Source: Planctomycetota bacterium
GTDB taxonomy: Bacteria > Planctomycetota > UBA1135 > UBA2386
Length of the DNA stretch: 64,000 nt
NCBI GenBank assembly: GCA_965223545.1
Contig: OZ245006.1
Location: 3,840,001 to 3,904,000 of the forward strand
Reading direction: 5' to 3'
Shown: positions 40,492-47,670 of the stretch, piece by piece
Position numbering within the stretch: position 1 is the first letter of the stretch
Layout: each line of letters opens with the position of its first letter
Notes under the pieces: generated by a model
The model's database searches: none
What the model was told of the DNA's origin: nothing
What the model saw: the letters and a program-made list of their open reading frames with translations, nothing else
Position numbers and translations under genes: made by a program

Positions 40492-41471
40492 TCGCCCCGC
40501 CGACCACGGTGACGCGGCCGACGCCGGCCGCGCGCCGCTCTCGCCTCGCCCGCGCGGTCCTCGCCGACCTGGGCCTGGCGCCCAGCCCGATCCGCCGCGC
40601 GCGGATCGGCGGCGTCTCGCTGATCCTAAAGGACGAGACCCGGCAGCCGACCAACAACTACAAGGTGCGCGGCGCGACCTGGGCGCTCTGGAACGCACGT
40701 TTGCGCGGCCACGAGCGCGTGGTGTTCGCGTCGACCGGCAACTTCGCTGCGGCGGTCGGATGGGTAGCCGGCCAGTACGGCATAGAGGCGCAGTGCTTCG
40801 TGCCGGAGGGTACCTGTCCGAGCAAGCTCGCCAACATGCGTGCCCACGGGCTGCGCATCGTCGAGCACGGCCAGTCGTTCGACGACGCCTGCCATGCCGC
40901 CGTGCAGTTAGCGCGGCGCGACCCCAGCTTCCACCTGCTCCACGCCTACGACGACTGCGACACGATCGAGGGCCAGGGCACCCTAGCCCTCGAGCTGCGG
41001 GAGCAGGCACCGGACTACGACACCGTCGTGGTCCAAGTCGGCGGCGGCGGGCTGTTCGCCGGCCTCGCGTTGGTGCACCGGGTCCTCGCGCCGCATGTGC
41101 GCCTTTGGGCCGTGACCACCGAACACAACTCGGCGTTCGCCCGCTCGTACGCGGCGGGCGTGCGCTGTGACGTCGCGGTTCGCCCCGGCAGCATCGCGAA
41201 CGGTGTCGCGGTCGGGTCTCCCGGCCGGCGGTGCTGGCCGCTGTTCGCGCGTGGTTGCCACGGTGTAGCGACGGTTGACGAGACCGAGATCAAGACTGCG
41301 ATGGCCTGGTTGCACCGGCGCGGTATCCGCGCCGAGGGTGCGGGCGCTGTCGGGCTCGCGGCCGTGCAGGCTGGCCGCATTTCAGGCCGGCGCATCGCCG
41401 TCCTGGTCACCGGCGCGAATATCAGCGACGCGGCGCACGCCGCGGCGCTGCGCGAAGCGCGCCAGCGCTGA
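40488..41471 (+). CDS. Fold-type II PLP enzyme (threonine/serine dehydratase-like), divergent
   Basis: KDETRQPTNNYKVRGA, ASTGN, GQGTLALE, GGGGL, EGAGA; ATGA-coupled to the ACT gene. Confidence 0.85.
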   Translation: MIAPPTTVTRPTPAARRSRLARAVLADLGLAPSPIRRARIGGVSLILKDETRQPTNNYKVRGATWALWNARLRGHERVVFASTGNFAAAVGWVAGQYGIEAQCFVPEGTCPSKLANMRAHGLRIVEHGQSFDDACHAAVQLARRDPSFHLLHAYDDCDTIEGQGTLALELREQAPDYDTVVVQVGGGGLFAGLALVHRVLAPHVRLWAVTTEHNSAFARSYAAGVRCDVAVRPGSIANGVAVGSPGRRCWPLFARGCHGVATVDETEIKTAMAWLHRRGIRAEGAGAVGLAAVQAGRISGRRIAVLVTGANISDAAHAAALREARQR

Positions 41472-41511
41472 GTCTGGTTTGCGCGGGGCGCGATCGCTCG
41501 CCCCGCGTCAC

Positions 41512-42654
41512 TCACGCGATATGCGACGTGTTCCTGCCGAGCTGCTTGCGCAGCGCGGTCGCGTCATTCCGCTGGAAGGCGGCCAGAAAGTCCCAGCGGT
41601 CGCCGGTCTCCAGCCTCTCGATCAACTCTCGGGACCGCACAAGGTAGTAGACAAGCACGTCACTCTGGAGCAGCCAGGCGACGAACAGGAAGAGCAGGCA
41701 CTTGAGGAACAGCGCGGCTCGCGTGAACCAGGCCTCGAGGTTGGGAAACGCGGCGAAGGCCGGCCAGGCCCCCTGGATGATCGCGTAGAACAACAAGAAG
41801 CCGATGGCGATCGCGCCGCGCGTGATCAGGTGGCTGCCGAAGCGGCCCACGAGGAGCACCAGCGCCATCCCCTGAGCGAAGCCGCTGAACCAAGTGAAGT
41901 CGGGCGGCGCATCGAGCAGGAACTCGGCGATAACAAGCGCCCCGAGGACGGCTCCACACCACAGCACAATGCGCGTGCCGAGCTTCTTACGCCCGTCCAT
42001 CCCGGGGTGGGCCACGACGTCCCAGCACAACAGGATGCAAACCGTCGACCCGTTTTGCAGCAGGTTTCGCAGAGGTTGGGCGTAGGCCTCGGTCAATCCC
42101 GAGGTCAGCGCCATCACCACGTAGAGTCCAGCCCAGCAGAGCCATGCGAGCTGCCACCGCAGCCGGAAGGCAGCGACGTCGGTCTGCGCGATCTTGATCG
42201 CCGGCACGTCGACCTCGGTGGTCGTGGGCCGTGGAACCAGGAACCAGGCGCCGAGTATGATCGCGGCCTGCAACCCGTGGAAGGCGGACAGGTCCGCGAT
42301 GGTCGCGAGCGCCGCAGCGCTGCACACGACCAGCAGCACAATCGCTTGAGTCCGCCAGAGGTGCATCAGCCAGTCGCGGAACACGACGGCCTCGTTCGGC
42401 TTACGCGCGGCGATGTAATCCTGGCGCAGGATATCCACCGAAACGTCCAGCATCTTGCTCACTTGCTCGAACGTGGAGTCGCGCGGCATGTGCGGTGAAC
42501 CGTACATCAAGTGGCGGATCGTGTTCGCCGATAGCCCCGAGCGCTCGACGAAGCCTCCAGGGCCCTTCAACTCGACCTCGTGCGCCGTGCAATAGGCCAC
42601 GATGCGCTTGCCGATCGCCGTCAGTTCCCTGTCATTGACGACGCCCGCGCCCAT
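41512..42654 (-). CDS. XRE-like HTH fused to a ~8-helix membrane domain
   Basis: SGLSANTIRHLMYG...PRDSTFEQVSKMLDVSVD followed by about 8 hydrophobic segments. Confidence 0.7.
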   Translation of the reverse strand: MGAGVVNDRELTAIGKRIVAYCTAHEVELKGPGGFVERSGLSANTIRHLMYGSPHMPRDSTFEQVSKMLDVSVDILRQDYIAARKPNEAVVFRDWLMHLWRTQAIVLLVVCSAAALATIADLSAFHGLQAAIILGAWFLVPRPTTTEVDVPAIKIAQTDVAAFRLRWQLAWLCWAGLYVVMALTSGLTEAYAQPLRNLLQNGSTVCILLCWDVVAHPGMDGRKKLGTRIVLWCGAVLGALVIAEFLLDAPPDFTWFSGFAQGMALVLLVGRFGSHLITRGAIAIGFLLFYAIIQGAWPAFAAFPNLEAWFTRAALFLKCLLFLFVAWLLQSDVLVYYLVRSRELIERLETGDRWDFLAAFQRNDATALRKQLGRNTSHIA

Positions 42655-42986
42655 TAGGTGGCGAACCTACCGGCGGTCCGAGCGCGACGAAAGCGAATTG
42701 CACTGCGAGCAAACCTCGCCGGGCTTTGTGCAACCCCGCGTGGCGCCGCGCAACGCCCCTTTGCGTGACAGCAAAGTGACTTGGTGCAACAGTTTAGCTG
42801 GAACCGCCGCTGGGAGGCGACTACCCCCTTCAAGTCGGTCGCAGTCCCCCCTGCGGGCAGCATGGTTTCGTCGATCCACCTCACATTCCTGCCGTCGCGT
42901 TCGCTCCCGAGGGCCTCGAGGTCCCTCCCGGCACGCGGACGCAAGATTCCGGCGCGACGGGGCAAGAGCGCCGTGGGGGCTGGACT

Positions 42987-43754
42987 ATGACGACCTTCAC
43001 GCGCGCCTTTCTCGCGAAACTGCAACAGGACCTTGAGGACCAGGGCTGGGCACTGGTGTACGAGCGTGTCGCGTCGATCGTGCAGAGCTACTGCGTCTAC
43101 CGGACCGGGGCCGGCCGCGGCGAAACCGAGCTCGAGGCCCACGTGGTTCACAAAACCTTCGCCATCGTCCAGCGCAAGTTCAGGCCCTACCACGGTGTCG
43201 GGCCCGACGCCGACCCCGACGAGGACCTGGCCGTTCTGCTGAGGGAATACACGCGCTCGGTGGTGTGGCGGGTCTACGCGCGAGGTCTCGTTCGCCTCCA
43301 GCGCCGGAAGAAGAAAGAACAGCAGGCCGGCGCGGAGCGCGAGGCCAAGCCCGAGCCCCCGCCCGAGGGCGCGAAGCTCCTCGTCAAGCAGTGGGGCGCG
43401 GTCACCGACCCGCTCTTCGTGGTCAAGGTGGTCTCGCAGCTCCTGCAGCAGCTCGGGCCAGGTCCCATCGACAACCCGGCCTCGCCGTGGCCCAGCTTCC
43501 TCGCCGAGTTCGAGGAACGGTGCCTGTCGCACCTGGTGGGGGACACCAGCCACGCCCGCGCGGGAGCACGTCAGCTGTGTATGGCTGTGCGCACCTACAT
43601 CCGGGCGGTTCCCGCCGTGGCCGCGGCTGCCGAGTTCGGCGTCGCGCGGAGCGGCGTTGACACGGCGCGGTCGCGCCAACGTGCGCTGCTGCATGACCTG
43701 CCGTTCGAGCAGATCATCAAGGAGACGCTGGAGGCTCTGGGTCTGTCGGCTTGA
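42987..43754 (+). CDS. Degenerate ECF-sigma-like protein
   Basis: TRAFLAKLQQDLEDQGWALVYERVASIVQSYC (region 2-like N-terminus) and AAAEFGVARSGVDTARSR (region 4-like HTH). Confidence 0.5.
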   Translation: MTTFTRAFLAKLQQDLEDQGWALVYERVASIVQSYCVYRTGAGRGETELEAHVVHKTFAIVQRKFRPYHGVGPDADPDEDLAVLLREYTRSVVWRVYARGLVRLQRRKKKEQQAGAEREAKPEPPPEGAKLLVKQWGAVTDPLFVVKVVSQLLQQLGPGPIDNPASPWPSFLAEFEERCLSHLVGDTSHARAGARQLCMAVRTYIRAVPAVAAAAEFGVARSGVDTARSRQRALLHDLPFEQIIKETLEALGLSA

Positions 43755-44205
43755 ACATCGCGCGGATCTTGCGCGCGAACCGGCGTGCCGCCGGGTCGTT
43801 GGGAGCGGCAACGCCCAGTCCGCGCAGTGCGTCGTTCGCCGCGTCCTTGAGGCGCTCCTTCACGAAGTGCGACGCTGCGTCACGGTAGGCCTGCACGGCC
43901 TCGTCGATCTCGCCCATCCGCACCCAGCACTCGGCGACTCCGAGCCAGCCGAGGAACGCGTCCTTCGCGCGCGCTGCTTCGAATGCGCTCTTCGCCTGTT
44001 CGTACTCGCTCAGCTGGAAAAGGATCTGTCCGCGGGCGTGGTGAGGTTCGCCAGCGTCGGGGAAGTCGTCGGCCAGCTCGGTGTAGGCGCGCAGCGCGCG
44101 CAGGCCGTCTTCGCGATTGCCAGTGCGATTATACGTCAGCCTGAGCGGCAGCAAGTCTACCAGCCGATTCTGCAGCGGCGACCGTGTCGGCGTCCGCGCA
44201 TTCAT
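43717..44205 (-). CDS. TPR-repeat protein
   Basis: PDAGEPHHARGQILFQLSEYEQAKSAFEAA and WLGVAECWVRMGEIDEAVQAY; GGGAGG RBS before ATG 44205 (alternative start 44271). Confidence 0.75.
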   Translation of the reverse strand: MNARTPTRSPLQNRLVDLLPLRLTYNRTGNREDGLRALRAYTELADDFPDAGEPHHARGQILFQLSEYEQAKSAFEAARAKDAFLGWLGVAECWVRMGEIDEAVQAYRDAASHFVKERLKDAANDALRGLGVAAPNDPAARRFARKIRAMFKPTDPEPPASP

Positions 44206-44366
44206 CCCGTCCTCCCGCGTGAGGTCGTCGTGATTCGGACGTTCATCCGGCGGCAGATTGTCGTGGGTCATTCGGTGGTTTCCAGGCCTCCGTCCGGTCC
44301 ATTCGTCCTCGCGCGAGCCGCGGCTGGAACACGTAGGCAACAGTCCGCGACGGTCCCTTGGACCCA

Positions 44367-44383
44367 TGCACGAACCGTGCCAA
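44367..44383 (-). promoter_or_regulatory. Sigma-54 (-24/-12) promoter for the TPR gene
   Basis: Minus strand TTGGCACGGTTCGTGCA, GG-N10-GC. Confidence 0.6.
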
Positions 44384-44980
44384 GGTCATTCACACAACCG
44401 GTGCCGCTCGCGTTCCAGCGGAACCGCGATAGGTTGCGGTTATGCGGAGAGAACGGGTGACCGCTGCGAACGGTAACGATGACCTCGACAACGTCACCGC
44501 CAACCGGCGCGTCAGCCGGCTCTACCTCAGCGACGGCCACGTTGGTCGGGCTGCCGCCGGTGGCGATCCCGCCGGGGGGGGGGGGCGTCCTTCGAGCTGC
44601 TCGCGCCCAGCGTTGGTGCGCGGAGCGCTCTAGACCCAGCGCTGTTCGGCGGCGGCAGCTCGGCACGCCTGTCGAGGTTCACCGCCGATCGAGTCGTCCG
44701 CTGACGGACCTCCTTCGCCGGTGCGACACGGCCTCCGCTCGACTGCGGGTGAGCTCGGACCCGAACGTTGCAATGCGGCGAGCCAGGCAAGACAAGGGTC
44801 CGTGACGATGGCACATGCCCAGGCTCCGCCGGAGTCACGTGGCCAGACCTAGGCCGTGGGCCGTTCGCAGCGATTCCGCGTAGCAAGCTGCACTTGACGA
44901 GCACCCCGAGCGGGAGGGCAAAGCGATTCCGGCGAGACTGCCGCGGACGTTAGGAGTGCAGGCATGCACACACCGATCCG

Positions 44981-45307
44981 GTGTATGGCGCTTCTCGTCC
45001 AGGCAACCTGGAAGCGCAAACCACCATCCTTGGTCGGGGGGCCGGCAGCGCGTTTGCCGACCTGCCGCAGGCCATCGTCGCTGCCGCGCCCGGCGACATC
45101 CTACGCATGCGCCCGGGCGACTACTCGGACCTCTCGACGTCGAAGCCGTTGTTCATCCATCGTGACCCCGGCGCGCGGATCCGAAACTGGTTCACGGCCA
45201 AGTCGCTGGTAACCGGGCTCCCAGCGGGTGCGGTATTCGTCTCGCAAGGTTTCGAGCTGCCGTCCGAGCGCGGCTCCTTGACGTCATCGCTCGCCTCGCC
45301 GCACTGA
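44981..45307 (+). pseudogene. N-terminal fragment of a secreted beta-helix-type protein
   Basis: GAGSAFADLPQAIVAAAPGDILRMRPGDY, then a premature stop. Confidence 0.55.
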
Positions 45308-45430
45308 CCCGGACCGTATACGCGGATCCCGGAGTCACCGCTCTGAAGCGCACGGTCGAAACAAAGGAGCCGCGACAATGGGCGGAAGTAGGCACCGTTG
45401 CGCGGCACCGACTCCAACGCCCCCTCCTCG

Positions 45431-46236
45431 TCAGCGGCCGAACGTCGCGCGCACGGGGTTGCTCACGGCGGAACTTCCCGGCACACCGACAACGCCACAC
45501 ACAGCTTGCGCCACGATGCGCACCCCCGCGGCTCCAGGAGCTCGACCGACAACATCCAACACAAAACGTCCCGCCCAAGACGGGATCCGTCCGGGCTTCC
45601 ATGCGGGGAGGCGTCGCCAGCGCGCCACCGGATCCGACCCCTGTCGACTGCGCGGTTGTTCCCGGGTCCGCACGGTCAGCTCCTGACCCAGGACAGGATC
45701 CCATGCGCTGACCAAGAGCCGCCCGCCCACCAAGGCGGCCCCGGGCGTTGTTGTCATGCCCCGGGTCTGGGTCCGCATGACCGACTGTGTGCCCACTCGC
45801 TGTCCCATCGGTGCGCCAGAGCGTCATGACACCATCGACGAGCATGTGCACATATGCGTGCCGCGCCCCCGCGGGCAAGATCTCGTTGCCCCACCAGAAT
45901 GCATTGCTGCGGGGCTGATGCAGCAGAGCAAAGCGAATCCCATCCAAAGACCACACCCCGCCAATCGAGGACTCCACCAAGACGACTCCGCCCGGCAGCT
46001 GACCGCTGATCGCGCCCGTGATCGGTCGCGGGCCGGAAACGGCGCTGCTGGCAGGCACGGTTCCGCCAGGGGTCCGTCGGAGACCCACAGCTATTCCGCT
46101 GCAGACGACCCAGCATCGATCAGCATCTTGCCGCCGGCGACGCCGAGAAGGCGCGGCGCGGAGCTCGCCGGGCCGGGCTCGAGATCCGCAAGCCGGATGG
46201 TTCCACCACTGCTCGCGTCGGTGATCCACAGCTCGG
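45431..46236 (-). pseudogene. Decayed ELWxxDGT-repeat protein with the shared C-terminal module
   Basis: ELWITDASSGGTIRLADLEPGPASS, LWRTDGT, AWDPVLGQEL and ...IVAQA...VSNPV, spread over several frames. Confidence 0.65.
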
Positions 46237-46453
46237 CATGTTGAGGTCGACTATCACCAAGTCCGGACGCGGCGCCGCGGCCGCATCGGCGTACTGGCCC
46301 TTCACGCCGCAGATAGCTCAACTCTTCCTTGCCGCCCCCCACCAAGCGCAGCTCCACGTCCGGCCAGATGCTCCCCAAGCAGCGCCGCGCGAGTTCGCGG
46401 TCGCCGGGGTCGTCGTCGATCAGCAAGATCACGTGAGACTCTCGAGTGGCCAT
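46236..46453 (-). pseudogene. Truncated, frameshifted response-regulator receiver
   Basis: VILLIDDDPGDRELARR...YLRREG / QYADAAAAPRPDLVIVDLNMP, then an abrupt end. Confidence 0.75.
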
Positions 46454-46715
46454 GGCTTGCTCTCCTTCTTCTGAATGGACCAAATAACGACCACCACGCA
46501 AGCGCCGCCGAGCCTCTCGCTCGACTCGATCGAGATTCGACCCTGCATGCGCTCCATCGCGCGCTTGCAGAACGCCAACCCGATCCCCGACCGTCGTACG
46601 CCGCGCCGGAGCGGCTGCGCCCCTGGAACTTCAACACGTGCTCGCGCTCCGTCTGGGGCACGCCGATGCCGTTGTCATGTACCCGGATCGACACCTCGTC
46701 GTCTTCGGTACGGGG
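46440..46715 (-). pseudogene. Histidine kinase HATPase C-terminal fragment
   Basis: VSIRVHDNGIGVP (G1 box); in another frame GLAFCKRAMERMQGRISIES. Confidence 0.7.
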
Positions 46716-46804
46716 CAAGATCGGACTCGGTCCGCACGCCGGCCACCTCGCACCGCGGCTCGGCCGCGGCACCGCCCATGAGCCGCGTCCGCGCGGCAAA
46801 ACGC

Positions 46805-47478
46805 AGCGCTTCCCGCCCGTCTCGCCATCCGCCCGCGTTGCCTGCTCGATGCACTACGACCCCATCCGTCAGCGCATCGTCCTCGCGTTCGGCCTGGTGT
46901 CGCTCCGCAATTCCGCTGAGACTTGGGAATACGGCGGCCTCACCTGGACGCAGGTGTGGCGCCCACCGGTGCCCTTCGCGCGGCGCGGATTCGACTTCTC
47001 CGTGTGGGACGGCGTACGACAGCGTGCCGCGCTGTTCGGCGGTCGCACCGACCAGGGCATCAACGGCGAGACCTGGGAATACGGTGCCACACCACGTCTG
47101 ACCGCCTCGCCGAGCACTCTGTCGATCGGCACCGGTAGGCGCCACACCTTGTCGCTCCAAGCGGGCGCCTTCCGCACGTACCTCGTGCTCGGCAGCCTGA
47201 GCGGGACGTCGGCGGGCTATGGCCAACCACCAGGCCTGTGGATCCCGCTCAACCTCGACGCCTACACCAACCTGACGATCGAACTCGCGGGCGGGGCCGT
47301 CTTCCCCGGGACGCTCGGCACACCAAACGGCGCAGGCACCGCCACGGCGGCTCTCATGCTGCCGGCCGGGCTCGCCGCCGCGGCCGGGTTGACGCTGCAC
47401 CACGCCTACCTAACGTTCGACCGCAGTGGCGCCATCACGTCGGTGAGCAACGCGACGGGGCTACGGCTCACGCCGTAG
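46805..47478 (+). pseudogene. 5'-truncated Kelch-like repeat protein with a C-terminal module
   Basis: SAR..SMHYDPIRQRIVL...ETWEYG repeated twice; no signal peptide or credible start. Confidence 0.65.
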
Positions 47479-47550
47479 CCTTCCGCGGTCAGCTGGCGTC
47501 GGTGGCCGTCGCCTCAGCGCCGGCGGGTGAGGCGGGCGGGGGCGCGGCGA

Positions 47551-47670
47551 GCCAAGTAGGCACCAGCGGCGAATTCTTGTGACACTCCAGCCGGCCCTGG
47601 TCGACTCGGAGCCGCGGTATGGATATCGATGCCCTGTTCTTGCGCTTCCGCGAGCGCGGCGATAACGCCG
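47551..47670 (+). repeat. Right copy of the ~120 bp direct repeat (promoter and start of the intact ECF gene)
   Basis: Matches 37188-37307; identical core CTTGTGACACTCCAGCCGGCCCTGGTCGACTCGGAGCCGC. Confidence 0.9.

Noticed and set aside
37188..47670. Prophage or integrative element with att sites
   Set aside because: No integrase, tRNA target, or phage or conjugation genes; the repeats are long and diverged.
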